Source: Aureispira anguillae (GTDB taxonomy: Bacteria > Bacteroidota > Bacteroidia > Chitinophagales > Saprospiraceae). From it: DNA of 64,000 nucleotides. The notes under the pieces were generated by a model. The model worked only from the letters and a program-made list of their open reading frames with translations. It was not told where the DNA came from and made no database searches. The translations under genes and the position numbers were made by a program. The stretch's first letter is position 1; every line of letters begins with the position of its first letter. Location of the stretch: NCBI RefSeq assembly GCF_026000115.1, contig NZ_AP026867.1, positions 2,841,716 to 2,905,715 on the forward strand, read 5' to 3'. Positions 1 to 10,141 of this stretch are shown one piece after another.

Positions 1-1
1 T

Positions 2-178
2 ATGAACTTATTAATAATACCTATCTTTTTAATTTTAGGTCTATTCTTTTTGGGAATGGCTATTCTTGTCATTATTAAATTCAAACGAAAAGGAGATTCT
101 GGAAACTTACGTCCTAATGAAGCGAGAGCAGATTCACCGTTCTCTCATTTTAGGCATTTAGACTCCAAGAATTTATAA
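2..178 (+). CDS. Small ORF (58 aa; one hydrophobic helix then a basic tail; sequence MNLLIIPIFLILGLFFLGMAILVIIKFKRKGDSGNLRPNEARADSPFSHFRHLDSKNL). It is either a small membrane protein or the C-terminal end of a gene that starts upstream of the window.
   Basis: I translated it by hand. ATG at 2-4 and TAA at 176-178. It is absent from the ORF track, probably because it is under the length threshold. Confidence 0.2.
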   Translation: MNLLIIPIFLILGLFFLGMAILVIIKFKRKGDSGNLRPNEARADSPFSHFRHLDSKNL

Positions 179-527
179 TTCTTCCCCATCTTTATTTAAA
201 ATCATTCTATATAATTGCGAGTATTCCACTTACAGTCAAAAAGATACGTCTTTTTTTTGCTATCTATCTCTATTTAGATTAAATTTGTGAAATCAATATT
301 ATATTAGAATAGAAATAAAAGTCCCGTTTATCTCATCCCCGAGAACTTTAGTTGATAGAGTTCTTTATCGCCCCGATTGTCTGGGCTGGGGGCTCCTTGG
401 GAAAGTTATTTCTCTATCCTTGTATTTTTTAGTTCAAGGAAATGTGCATCCTGGTTAGGCAATATTGATTACCCACTCACACTTTTTTTTAGGCTTTAAG
501 CCTAAAAGTTATAAGACTTTTATTACT

Positions 528-556
528 CAAAGCCAATCTGTTTTAGGTTGGCTTTT
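528..556. terminator. Stem-loop caaagccaa / ttggctttg (9-bp stem, 11-nt loop) that could act as a transcript-end hairpin downstream of the minus-strand gene ending at 575.
   Basis: Perfect 9-bp inverted repeat. A T-run follows on the + strand only, so this is not a canonical terminator for the minus-strand gene. Confidence 0.25.
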
Positions 557-574
557 TGCTTATTTCCCCTTTTC

Positions 575-943
575 CTAAATCATCGCCAAAAATAAGATTC
601 CCAATAGCATAACTATGATAAGCTGTGTGACAACTCCCAACCAAAAATATCGTTGTTGCCTAATACTTAGCTCCAAATCTACTAAATTAGAAGTTGCTAA
701 ATATTGTTTTAATGCTCGAGCTCCTTTGTATAACAAATAATTAAGGTACATCTCTCCTATTAAAAAAAGAACACAAACCCCCAATCCGACTTTGTCTATA
801 TACAGTTGTAAATTAAAATCATCCAATATAAAATATAGACCAAATCCTATCCATTGTGTTAGTATAAAAACGCTCAATACCAGTGCTGCCAAACGTTGCC
901 AAAAAAGCATTTTTTGAAGATAAAAGCGAGCCGTCTCATTCAT
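575..943 (-). CDS. Hypothetical small integral membrane protein (3 predicted TM helices).
   Basis: ORF track 122 aa with hydrophobic segments. No motif I recognise. Confidence 0.45.
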   Translation of the reverse strand: MNETARFYLQKMLFWQRLAALVLSVFILTQWIGFGLYFILDDFNLQLYIDKVGLGVCVLFLIGEMYLNYLLYKGARALKQYLATSNLVDLELSIRQQRYFWLGVVTQLIIVMLLGILFLAMI

Positions 944-956
944 AGTTTGCCCCTAA

Positions 957-1577
957 TTAATCCAAGTCACTTTTGGAAAACCCCAATTCCTTCAAATAAG
1001 CATTCATTTCTTTTTTTAAGGACAGCGTTGGATGCTTTCGAATCATATCAAAGGCAAAATCAAAATCTTTATAACTGTACTGAATTGGCTGAGACTCGCC
1101 CAATGCCTTCATAATAATCGTTGCATTAATAGCAGATAAGATTTTTCGGCTGGTATCTAAAAAGGGAAAGATATAGTTTCGTACAAATTCTTGATATTTT
1201 GGAGGATGCAATTCATAATATTGATCGGCCAAACGAGCATAACGATGCATGGTTTCTCGATACTCCATCACAAATACATTGCTCAACTCATTGCGACGAG
1301 ACTTGAGCATCTCCATGTCATTCGCCTTTAACTGCGCTTCCATGTCCTTTAGAATAAGGCGAACTCGTTCTTTTTTGAGTTTGTATTCATCTTCCAAAGA
1401 AAAAAGCTTATCGTTTTGTTGCAATTGGATTTGTTGAATTTGAGCCTGAAGTTTTGCAATAGCTTCCATTTGTTGTCCTCTAGCATACAACCATGTAACC
1501 ATTACTACGACTATAAACACTAAAATATTTACAGCATAAAAAATCCAATCTGCTTGAATTGCTTCTAAAAATGTCAT
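957..1577 (-). CDS. Hypothetical N-terminally membrane-anchored coiled-coil protein.
   Basis: ORF track 206 aa. An N-terminal TM helix (FYAVNILVFIVVVMVTWLY) is followed by a Q/E/K-rich heptad-like region. Confidence 0.45.
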   Translation of the reverse strand: MTFLEAIQADWIFYAVNILVFIVVVMVTWLYARGQQMEAIAKLQAQIQQIQLQQNDKLFSLEDEYKLKKERVRLILKDMEAQLKANDMEMLKSRRNELSNVFVMEYRETMHRYARLADQYYELHPPKYQEFVRNYIFPFLDTSRKILSAINATIIMKALGESQPIQYSYKDFDFAFDMIRKHPTLSLKKEMNAYLKELGFSKSDLD

Positions 1578-2041
1578 TGTTTGAAATTAGGGGTTATCAA
1601 TGTGATCTAGCTCAATACAAATTGTTGTGAAGTGAAGTGCAAGATTGCATTTTCAGCATCGCAACAAGCATCTACAAAAGATACAAAATCCTAGGTATTA
1701 CTACAAAATGAACGAACTTTATTTTAAAATAATTCCCATTTAAGTCTATTTTTATTACTCCGCTAGAAAATCGTATCAATCTGATAATCAGCAAAACAGG
1801 CTTTCATCAACCAAAGTATTAAAAGTATTAAAAAACTGATTATCAAATTAATACATGAACACAGTGAACTGGGCATGCTTATAGCCAAAGCTATAAAAGT
1901 GAAGGCACTGCTTTTTTATGTTTTTTACTTCGTGAGCGCTATGCTTTAGTTGTTAAAAAACTATCTCATGACCGTAGGGAATAACTAAGCGCAGCGCTCA
2001 TGACCACAGGGAACTAATCAGCGGAGTATTATATTTTATAA

Positions 2042-2530
2042 CTACTTGTTTTTTTGGCAGCACTTCTTAAATTTTTTGCCACTACCACAATGACAGGGGT
2101 CATTTCTGCCTATTTTTATACTAGTTGACTGGTTTGCAGCAGGTTCTTTTCCCTCTACAAAATACCATCTGCCATTTTCTTTCCTAAAAAAAGAATCCTC
2201 AAAATGTGTTTTAAGCTGATTACCATATTTGTAATGCGCTTTAAATAAAACGGTTCCTATCTCATCTTCTTCCTTTCCTTTTGTCGTTTGAACAATTTCC
2301 AACCGCATCCAATTGGCTTGTTCTGCCCAACTCTCGATTGTTTTTCGATTGCTCTTTTCTCGATTGATGGGATGGACAGTATCCATGATATAATCGATTG
2401 CCAATTTTACATGTGCTGTATATCTAGATCGCATCAAAGCCTCAGCGGTAGGAGCTTGAGCAAGACCTTCTATAAAAGCACCACAACAATCCATATAATT
2501 CTTTTTGCTACTACAAGGGCATTTTTCCAT
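2042..2530 (-). CDS. ychJ: YchJ-family (UPF0225) protein with SEC-C metal-binding motifs at both ends.
   Basis: The N-terminus [22 protein letters not shown] aligns with E. coli YchJ MSQLCPCGS.., and the C-terminus has [16 protein letters not shown] (SEC-C). I moved the start to the internal ATG (complement CAT at 2528-2530), which removes a 55-nt overlap with the next gene. Confidence 0.75.
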   Translation of the reverse strand: MEKCPCSSKKNYMDCCGAFIEGLAQAPTAEALMRSRYTAHVKLAIDYIMDTVHPINREKSNRKTIESWAEQANWMRLEIVQTTKGKEEDEIGTVLFKAHYKYGNQLKTHFEDSFFRKENGRWYFVEGKEPAANQSTSIKIGRNDPCHCGSGKKFKKCCQKNK

Positions 2531-2535
2531 GATGT

Positions 2536-2760
2536 TTAGTTGTTCTGTATCGTTTTGAGATATAAATTTTCCACTTTTTTTCTTGCCCAAGGAGTTCTTC
2601 TTAAAAACTTTAAGCTAGATTTAATGCTTGGATCATTATTAAAGCAACGAATATCAATTTTATACCCTAGGTGCTCCCAGCCATAATGTTCTACCAAGTA
2701 CTCCAAAATCATCAATAAGGTTTTACCGTGAAGTGGATCATTAGATTGGTGTTTTGCCAT
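2536..2760 (-). CDS. Small conserved protein of the DUF2132 / VF530 family ([25 protein letters not shown]).
   Basis: The motif recalls a VF530-type putative DNA-binding protein. I trimmed the start to the ATG encoding MAKHQ (CAT at 2758-2760), because the N-terminal extension in the track is hydrophobic junk. Confidence 0.55.
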   Translation of the reverse strand: MAKHQSNDPLHGKTLLMILEYLVEHYGWEHLGYKIDIRCFNNDPSIKSSLKFLRRTPWARKKVENLYLKTIQNN

Positions 2761-2934
2761 AATTAAATTGTAGATTAATATCTGAATTAAACAAGTCAAA
2801 GTAAACATACAGCTTTTCAGATTATGTTGCTATATTTAGGAAAAGAATAAACCTAGCCTAAAGAAAGAATTTTAGAATCCCCACAAACAAATATTGTATT
2901 CAAAACACAAAGCTGTCCCCCAATATACCTAATC

Positions 2935-5613
2935 ATGGAGATAAAAGAAGAAGCACAACAATTAGAAACAGTATTTTTTGCAACACTAGATTCCCTTCGA
3001 GGCATTTGGAATGCCAATAATGCTAGTAGTGTTCTACTTTCATTGGTTTTTTTTAAGCGAATATTAGCACTCAAAGATGAGCAGAAAATCGATGCTATCG
3101 AAACCAAAGCATCGGATTATCAGTGGGCTAGTAACTTTAGGAATACCGTTGTTGACGATCCAGAACAAGCCATGCGTCAATTGATTGGTACATTGGTATC
3201 TTTTTCCAAAAGAAACAAGATACTCAAAAACATTTTTGCGCCACTGGTCTTGGCCTTAGAAGAAGAACAAAACGTACAATTACTTATTCAGGCGATCTTA
3301 ATGCTCGAACGTTTAGATTTTTCAACCAAGGCGATTTCCGTTAATAGTTTTGGAGCCTTTTTTAACGATAGTCTATATAGAACGGCTTTAAGAGCTGGGA
3401 AAATTGGCGTTAAACGAACGACTCCCAAAACGATCAATAGTTTATTGATTGAACTCGCTGCACCAAAAGATGGTGACACAATCTATGACCCTACCGCTGG
3501 GCAAGGTTCTACGCTGATTGCCTTATTAAATAAGTTGCCAAATATTGATATTATTGCCCAAGAACAAAATATACATGTTTGGGCGTTGTGCAAAATGAAT
3601 CTACTGGCAAATGGAGCTTATCATGCACACATTACCAATGGGAATACCCTAACGGAAAATCCTTCTCAGCTTATAAAAGCTGATATTGCCATTGCGCATT
3701 TTCCTTTTGGACAATATATTTCTACCGAAATTGTAAAGCAAAAAGCCTATACTTCTATTCCCTTTGATGTAAAAACGCCACACATTCCTTCTAACAGTCT
3801 TTTTATTCAGTTGATGCTGTCTAAATTAAATCAAGAAGGGAAAATGATTACCATTATCCCCATCCAAACGCTGGTTAACGATAAAGAGGATAGAAAATTA
3901 AGAGAATTCTTGATCCGAAGAGATCTAATAGAAGCCGTAATTACCCTACCCTATGGTTTATTGCATACAACAGGCATTCCTATTTGTATTTTAGTCATCA
4001 ATAAGAAAAAACGTGCTTCTAGAAAAGAACATATTTTGTTTATTAATGGAGCTAATTTAGCCGTTAAAACGCAATCTAAGCTATATAGAGAACTAACTCC
4101 TAAACATATAGAATGCATCAGTGAAGCCTTTCATCATTTAACCACCAATTGTACTTCTGAGTTGGATTCCTGTGTTTCTCACGTTCCTTTGCACCATGTC
4201 ATTCTTAATAATTATAACCTAGATGCCAAGCGATACGCCTCTCCCTTTATTGCTCAACTCAAACAGTTAGATGATTATGGGCAGCTCATTCGGTTAAAAG
4301 AAATATTTAAATCAGAACGCCCTGCCCTTTGGTTTGACGAAACACCACATCAAGATATTCCTTATATCCGACCACAAAACCTCGGTACCTCCATCACGAA
4401 CTATTTAATCAATACTCAAAATATTACCACGACGAACAAGGTAAAACAAGTAGCAGGGCAGTTAATTAATGAATCTATTTTATTGGTTAATCGCTCAGGA
4501 AAAAAACTCAAGACTAGCTATTTTACGTTTGATAAAACGCCCATTTTAGTCAATGAGGATATTATGACATTCCGAATTGATGAAAATAAAGTCTTGATTG
4601 AATATCTTCTTTTGCAATTGCACGATAGCCTTTTTATACAGCAACTCAATATGTATAAAACAGATTATCAGCACAAAATGATTAGTGAAGAACAATTTGA
4701 AGAACTTCAGATTCGCTTGCCTGCTTTAGAAGAACAGGCTCAAATTATAAAAGAAACAAAAATTCGCTTACTGCAAGAGGAAGAACAGAAGGTAGAACAA
4801 CTGCGCAATGACCTTAATCTTGGTAAGCAAAGAGCCCAAAATGAACAATATAAAATAATTTCTTCGCTTCAACACGAATTGGGCAATCGACTACCAGCCG
4901 TTTTAACCGAAATAAAAAACTTAAAAGATTATTTAAAAGATAAAGAAGAAGAAGGCTCTCCCATTCTATTTTCTGAGCCTATTTTTCCACTTTTTGAAGA
5001 AGAAGATCTGGATAGCGTAGATAATTTAGGAACCGTTATCGAACGCATTGAATCTATTCTCGTCCATTCTATTAATAGTTTAGACTCGACAGGAGATATT
5101 ATCAAAGCTGATCGAAGCAAGCTCAACTTAGAATCTACCAAAATCAAGGATCTGTTAGAGGAAATTCAGCAGATTTATCGACAAGAAAATATCTTTACGA
5201 TTCAAATCGAAGTAGAAGAGGATGAAAAAGGAAAAGAAAGACCTATTTATACCAAATTAGACAAAACTCAGATTACGACTGTTATTACCAATCTAATTGA
5301 TAACGCTAAACGACATGGTTTTGTAGAAAAAAACAAGAAATATACCATTCAATTTCGTATCGGTTTATCTTCTGACCAGCAAGAAGTAATTCTCATCTAT
5401 AAAAATGACGGCAAGAGCTTTCCCAACAACTTCTCTTTTGAGGATTTTATTGGCTATGGTAACTATGCAGGGCAAACAGGGCATTCGGGAATTGGAGGTT
5501 ATTTAATTCACCAAATCATAGACAATCATAATGGAAACATTAATTATAGAAAAAAAATTGATCACCGAGACCCTTTTAAAGTTCAATTTGAAATTACACT
5601 CCCTGTTTTGTAA
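2935..5613 (+). CDS. Fusion protein: an HsdM-like gamma-class N6-adenine DNA methyltransferase, a single HsdS-like target-recognition domain, and a histidine-kinase core (DHp H-box plus HATPase_c).
   Basis: Methyltransferase part: FGAFFNDSLYRT resembles the HsdM_N G-x-YE-Y/F motif; DPTAGQGSTLIALL is motif I (FxGxG, AdoMet binding); IAHFPFGQ is motif IV (NPPF/Y-like). Recognition part: ..LPALEEQAQII.. matches the conserved HsdS junction LPxLxEQxxI after a ~170-aa variable region. Kinase part: the coiled coil continues into SLQHELGNRLPAV (HisKA-like H-box), then ITNLIDNAKRHGF (N-box), KNDGKSFP (G1) and GHSGIGGYLIHQIIDNHNGNI (G2). The whole is one uninterrupted 892-aa ORF. Confidence 0.65.
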   Translation: MEIKEEAQQLETVFFATLDSLRGIWNANNASSVLLSLVFFKRILALKDEQKIDAIETKASDYQWASNFRNTVVDDPEQAMRQLIGTLVSFSKRNKILKNIFAPLVLALEEEQNVQLLIQAILMLERLDFSTKAISVNSFGAFFNDSLYRTALRAGKIGVKRTTPKTINSLLIELAAPKDGDTIYDPTAGQGSTLIALLNKLPNIDIIAQEQNIHVWALCKMNLLANGAYHAHITNGNTLTENPSQLIKADIAIAHFPFGQYISTEIVKQKAYTSIPFDVKTPHIPSNSLFIQLMLSKLNQEGKMITIIPIQTLVNDKEDRKLREFLIRRDLIEAVITLPYGLLHTTGIPICILVINKKKRASRKEHILFINGANLAVKTQSKLYRELTPKHIECISEAFHHLTTNCTSELDSCVSHVPLHHVILNNYNLDAKRYASPFIAQLKQLDDYGQLIRLKEIFKSERPALWFDETPHQDIPYIRPQNLGTSITNYLINTQNITTTNKVKQVAGQLINESILLVNRSGKKLKTSYFTFDKTPILVNEDIMTFRIDENKVLIEYLLLQLHDSLFIQQLNMYKTDYQHKMISEEQFEELQIRLPALEEQAQIIKETKIRLLQEEEQKVEQLRNDLNLGKQRAQNEQYKIISSLQHELGNRLPAVLTEIKNLKDYLKDKEEEGSPILFSEPIFPLFEEEDLDSVDNLGTVIERIESILVHSINSLDSTGDIIKADRSKLNLESTKIKDLLEEIQQIYRQENIFTIQIEVEEDEKGKERPIYTKLDKTQITTVITNLIDNAKRHGFVEKNKKYTIQFRIGLSSDQQEVILIYKNDGKSFPNNFSFEDFIGYGNYAGQTGHSGIGGYLIHQIIDNHNGNINYRKKIDHRDPFKVQFEITLPVL

Positions 5614-5704
5614 CTTTGGGCGTTATGAATTAAATTCATAAAAGGGGCGTATGATATAAACGTTAATACAATTCATCATAAAATAAAGAAGTAATTTTTA
5701 ATTA

Positions 5705-6661
5705 ATGAAAGTATCTGTAGGAATTGACATAGGAGGCACCAATACGGTTTGGGGACTGATTGATGAGCATGGAACGGTCCATGTAGAAGGGCAAATTGGC
5801 ACAAAAGATTTTGACCATCCCACTGATTTTGTGCAAGCAATAGCCACTATTCTAAAAGGGGCTCTAAAAGAACATCAAGATTTTGAATTGATTGGAATCG
5901 GAATTGGGGCACCCAATGGTAATTATTTTAACGGCACTATTGAGCATGCTCCTAATCTCGTGTGGAAAGGAGTTGTTCCTCTCAAAAAATTATTTCAACA
6001 ACATTTTCAACTCCCCATTTGGGTGACCAATGATGCCAATGCAGCAGCGATTGGAGAAATGTTGTTTGGTGTAGCCAAAAAGATGGATAATTTTGTCGTC
6101 GTAACATTAGGCACAGGCTTAGGAAGTGGTTTTGTTGTTAATGGCGAATTGATGTATGGCCATGATGCTTTTGCTGGGGAGTTAGGACATACGATTATAG
6201 AACGCAATGGTCGAAGTTGCGGTTGTAGTCGCAAAGGTTGTTTAGAGACCTATGCTTCTGCTACAGGAATTGTTCGTACGGCGAAAGAACGACTGAATAA
6301 TTATACAGGAACAAGTTTATTAAGCCAACAAGCGCAACTTAGCTCCAAAAGCATTGCAGATTGTGCTGAACAAAACGATGCGTTAGCCTTAGAAATTTTT
6401 GATTATACAGGTCATCAATTGGGTTTTGCACTAGCCAATACCGTCGCTATTAGCAGTCCACAAGCAATTGTTTTGTTTGGAGGTTTAGCCAATGCGGGAG
6501 CACTCATTTTGAATCCTACCAAACATTATATGGAACAATATATGCTCAATCTTTTTAAAGGTAAAGTTGAGTTATTGATTTCTAGTGTTCCAGAACATCA
6601 CGCTGCTATATTAGGAGCAGGAGCTTTAGTTTGGAAAAATGTTTATGGAGCCTTAGGCTAG
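5705..6661 (+). CDS. glk: ROK-family sugar kinase (glucokinase-like).
   Basis: GIDIGGTN ATP-binding N-terminus, and the ROK zinc motif CGCSRKGCLETYAS. Confidence 0.8.
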   Translation: MKVSVGIDIGGTNTVWGLIDEHGTVHVEGQIGTKDFDHPTDFVQAIATILKGALKEHQDFELIGIGIGAPNGNYFNGTIEHAPNLVWKGVVPLKKLFQQHFQLPIWVTNDANAAAIGEMLFGVAKKMDNFVVVTLGTGLGSGFVVNGELMYGHDAFAGELGHTIIERNGRSCGCSRKGCLETYASATGIVRTAKERLNNYTGTSLLSQQAQLSSKSIADCAEQNDALALEIFDYTGHQLGFALANTVAISSPQAIVLFGGLANAGALILNPTKHYMEQYMLNLFKGKVELLISSVPEHHAAILGAGALVWKNVYGALG

Positions 6662-6725
6662 TAGAATTAGGGTTGATAAATATATTTATTTACATTTATC
6701 AACCCTACGTTTTAGGAATCAAAGC

Positions 6726-7484
6726 CTACCACTCTAATCCAGGATAAGCACGTTGCATCCATTGCATTTCAGTCAAAATGAACCCCATTTGCTCAGAATG
6801 TTTCCCTTGCTTTCCACCTTTCTGCATCCACCCATCTTCAGGTTTTGCTAGTGTTGCTTCGGTTAGGATGGCATCTACTCGTTCATTCCACAATTCCTTA
6901 ACCGCATTTAGATCAACCCCAATGCCCAATTGGATCATTTGTTGGTCAATTTCATCCATTGCAAATAACTCTCCCACATAATCCCAAGCCTCATTCAATG
7001 CCGTTTGCATTTTCTCATGGCTCTCCTCTGTTCCATCTCCCAAACGAATCACCCATTCCGCACTGTATCGATAATGATAGGTTAATTCTTTGAGCGATTT
7101 TTTGGCAATAGCCACCAGTTCTTCATCTTTGCTATCACAAAGTGCTGCAAAGAAATGATAGTTAAAGGTATCAAATAAAAATTGACGTGCCATTGTATCG
7201 GCAAAGTTACCATTGGCTTGTTCTACCAAAAGAACATTTTTAAATTCACGAGTATCTCGTGTAAATGCCAATGCATCATCTGTTCTGCCCTTTCCTTCTA
7301 CTTTAGCCGCATATTGCAATAAAACACGAGCATGCCCTACCAAATCCAATGCAATATTGGTTAAGCCAATGTCTGTTTCCAAGCTAGGCCCATGACCACA
7401 CCACTCTGAAACACGATGCCCCAAAATCAGCGCATTATCTGCAATACGCAATATATATTCAAATAAAGCTTTGTTATTTTCCAC
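6726..7484 (-). CDS. paaC: 1,2-phenylacetyl-CoA epoxidase subunit C.
   Basis: Position directly after paaB in the cluster. A ~250-aa ferritin-like helical protein typical of PaaC. Confidence 0.7.
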   Translation of the reverse strand: MENNKALFEYILRIADNALILGHRVSEWCGHGPSLETDIGLTNIALDLVGHARVLLQYAAKVEGKGRTDDALAFTRDTREFKNVLLVEQANGNFADTMARQFLFDTFNYHFFAALCDSKDEELVAIAKKSLKELTYHYRYSAEWVIRLGDGTEESHEKMQTALNEAWDYVGELFAMDEIDQQMIQLGIGVDLNAVKELWNERVDAILTEATLAKPEDGWMQKGGKQGKHSEQMGFILTEMQWMQRAYPGLEW

Positions 7485-7514
7485 AATTCAAATTATTATA
7501 ATCATTAAAAAAGC

Positions 7515-7802
7515 CTACATGTGCCCTACTTCATCTGGAATATCATAGAATGTAGGATGGCGATAAGGTTTTGTTTTAGCAGCTTCAAATAACATATCTC
7601 CATCATCAGGGATAGAAGCCGTAATGTGTTTTGATTCTACCACCCAAATACTAACCCCTTCTTGTCTGCGAGTATATACATCACGAGCATTTTCAATGGC
7701 CATATCTTCATCCGCAGCGTGTAAACTTCCTGCGTGTTTGTGGTGCAATCCTGCTTTACTTCTTATAAATACCTCCCAAAGAGGCCAGTCTTTTTTAGAC
7801 AT
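7515..7802 (-). CDS. paaB: 1,2-phenylacetyl-CoA epoxidase subunit B.
   Basis: MSKKDWPLWEVFIRSKAGLHHKHAGSLHAADEDMAIENARDVYTRR..RHPTFYDIPDEVGHM closely parallels E. coli PaaB (MSNVYWPLYEVFVRGKQGLSHRHVGSLHAPDERMALENARDAYTRR..RHPTFYTIPDGIEHM). I set the start at the ATG encoding MSKK (95 aa), because the track ORF starts at a GTG further upstream. Confidence 0.85.
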   Translation of the reverse strand: MSKKDWPLWEVFIRSKAGLHHKHAGSLHAADEDMAIENARDVYTRRQEGVSIWVVESKHITASIPDDGDMLFEAAKTKPYRHPTFYDIPDEVGHM

Positions 7803-7895
7803 AATTTTATACATTTTAATCGTTCGATAATTGTCGTCCAACGTCACGAACTACCCTATAGTTAATAATTAAGTTGTTTGGTCTTAAAAGGCTTT

Positions 7896-8861
7896 TTAAG
7901 CGTTGGATGAAACCATTTCAGCCTTTCTTTTCTCTGCTCTCTTTTTAGCGTGTGCCATAGCAGCCTCACGAACCCATGCTCCCTCTTTGTAAGCTTTGTT
8001 TCGATCTCTCAAACGCTGTTTGTTACAAGGACCACCACCTTTTACAACCTGCCAAAACTCCTCCCAGTCAATTTCTCCAAAGTCATAATGACCACGCTCT
8101 TCATTCCATTTTAAATCCTTATCGGGAATTGTTAAACCCAAAAACTCTGCTTGAGGTACAGTAGCATCCACAAAAGCTTGGCGCAATTCATCGTTTGATT
8201 TACGCTTAATTTTCCAAGCCATAGACTGAGCCGAATGCGTAGATGTTGCATCATTAGGACCAAACATCATTAAAGATGGCCACCACCAACGATTGAGCGC
8301 ATCTTGCGCCATTTCTTTTTGTTCGGGGCTACCTTGTGCCAAAGCCATTGTAATTTCATACCCTTGGCGCTGATGAAAGCTCTCTTCCTTACAGATACGA
8401 ACCATTGCACGAGCATAAGGACCATAAGAAGTACGGGTGAGCATCACTTGGTTCATAATGGCAGCACCATCCACCAACCATCCCACAGCACCAATATCAG
8501 CCCAAGTCAATGTAGGATAATTAAAAATGCTAGAATATTTAGCTTTTCCAGCGTTTAAGTCTTCAAACATTTGCTCTCTAGAAGTACCCAATGTCTCAGC
8601 AGCACTATACAAATACAAGCCGTGACCTCCTTCATCCTGTACCTTTGCTAACAAGGCCATTTTGCGACGCAAAGAAGGCGCTCTACTAATCCAATTGCCT
8701 TCTGGCAGCATCCCGATAATTTCAGAATGCGCATGTTGCGATATTTGTCGAACTAAGGTTTTGCGATACTTCTCAGGCATCCAATCCTTGGGTTCTATTT
8801 TTATTTCGGCATCAATTTTTGCCTGAAATTTCGCCTCTAAATTTTCAATCGTATTTTCCAT
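7896..8861 (-). CDS. paaA: 1,2-phenylacetyl-CoA epoxidase catalytic subunit A.
   Basis: ..[70 protein letters not shown] matches E. coli PaaA almost residue for residue. Confidence 0.9.
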   Translation of the reverse strand: MENTIENLEAKFQAKIDAEIKIEPKDWMPEKYRKTLVRQISQHAHSEIIGMLPEGNWISRAPSLRRKMALLAKVQDEGGHGLYLYSAAETLGTSREQMFEDLNAGKAKYSSIFNYPTLTWADIGAVGWLVDGAAIMNQVMLTRTSYGPYARAMVRICKEESFHQRQGYEITMALAQGSPEQKEMAQDALNRWWWPSLMMFGPNDATSTHSAQSMAWKIKRKSNDELRQAFVDATVPQAEFLGLTIPDKDLKWNEERGHYDFGEIDWEEFWQVVKGGGPCNKQRLRDRNKAYKEGAWVREAAMAHAKKRAEKRKAEMVSSNA

Positions 8862-8953
8862 AACGAACTTTTTTTGAAATCGCCAATTGTTGTTTAATCT
8901 CCATTGTTCTGTCCCCCTCTCTATTGATATATCTAACCAACTGTATTTATTTA

Positions 8954-10036
8954 TTATACCTCATCAAAATCTACCACTACCTTTTCTGTCGTAGGATAAG
9001 ATTGACAAGTTAAAATAAATCCAGCTTCTACTTCTTCTTTTTCTAAGGCATAATTTAACGCCATTTTTACTGCTCCTTCTTTTAATTTTGCCTTACAGGT
9101 ACAACAAACTCCCCCTTTGCAAGCAAAAGGCAAATCTGCCCCTTGTTTTAGAGCCGCATCCAACAAGTTCTCTGAACCAAAAGGTAAGTCAAATTGGAAT
9201 GCTTTTCCATCTAGATTAACGGTAACCTCTGTTATTTTGCCTTTGTCGGCTTCTTTTACCTCGATCTTTTTTTCTTGCCCTAGTTTTCCCAATGGAGACG
9301 TGAATAGTTCAAAGTGGATGTGTTTTTCATCGTAACCACGATCAATTAACGTATCTTTAACGGCAAAGATCATAGATTCTGGACCACAGGCAAAGCACTC
9401 ATCTACATCGGATACATCCAACAATTTGTCAAAAATATCGGTGCACTTTGACGCATCAATACGCCCATTCATCAAAGGAGCATCCAACATTTCTCTACTC
9501 AAAAAATAATGCACAATTAGACGCTCCATATAAATATTCTTAAGCGCTTCTATTTGTTCTCTAAAAATAATTGACCCTGTATTTTTGTTGCCATAAAACA
9601 AGGTAAAACGACTCTTAGGTTCTGTTTCTAAGACCGTTTTCATAATAGAAATAATTGGCGTAATTCCACTCCCCGCAGCAAAACCAACATAGTGTTTCTC
9701 ATTCGAGGCATCTAATACCGTATAAAAATTTCCTGTAGGTGTCATTACCTCTAAGGAATCTCCCGCTTGAAGTTGGTGGTTGGCAAAGGTCGAAAATTTA
9801 CCATTTTCTACTTGCTTTATAGCTACTCTTAACTCCTCATCCGCAGGGCTTGTACAAATAGAATAAGAACGACGAACATCTTCGTTGTTAATATCTGCTT
9901 TAAGGGTCAAATACTGTCCTTGTACAAAACTATAAGCTGTTTTTAGTGCTTCAGGTACTTCAAAAGCAATGGAACAACAATCTACAGTTTCTTTTCGTAC
10001 TTCCTTAATTTTAAGGGTATTAAATGTTGGTTTCAT
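8954..10036 (-). CDS. paaE: Phenylacetyl-CoA epoxidase reductase subunit (ferredoxin-NAD(P)H reductase with a plant-type 2Fe-2S domain).
   Basis: FNR-like FAD/NAD-binding region (RRSYSI, GSGITP), a C-terminal CxxxxCxxC..C motif ([12 protein letters not shown] .. CQSY), and position 5' of paaA. I moved the start to the ATG encoding MKPTF (CAT at 10034-10036). Confidence 0.75.
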   Translation of the reverse strand: MKPTFNTLKIKEVRKETVDCCSIAFEVPEALKTAYSFVQGQYLTLKADINNEDVRRSYSICTSPADEELRVAIKQVENGKFSTFANHQLQAGDSLEVMTPTGNFYTVLDASNEKHYVGFAAGSGITPIISIMKTVLETEPKSRFTLFYGNKNTGSIIFREQIEALKNIYMERLIVHYFLSREMLDAPLMNGRIDASKCTDIFDKLLDVSDVDECFACGPESMIFAVKDTLIDRGYDEKHIHFELFTSPLGKLGQEKKIEVKEADKGKITEVTVNLDGKAFQFDLPFGSENLLDAALKQGADLPFACKGGVCCTCKAKLKEGAVKMALNYALEKEEVEAGFILTCQSYPTTEKVVVDFDEV

Positions 10037-10141
10037 TGATAATCTCATTAATAAGTTCTGAGTTTAGGAGGCAAGCCTCCTAAACTCAGGAAATGTTATA
10101 ATATAGTATGCTTTATACTTAACAAGCACTTTATAAATGTA

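Noticed and set aside
491-503. Palindrome aggctt-t-aagcct preceded by a T8 run
   Set aside because: The loop would be 1 nt, so a hairpin is sterically implausible. The T-run is on the wrong side for a terminator. At most it is a palindromic protein-binding site, and I have no support for that.
896-1114. 72-aa plus-strand ORF overlapping two minus-strand genes
   Set aside because: It overlaps the ends of two better-supported minus-strand ORFs and shows no coding features.
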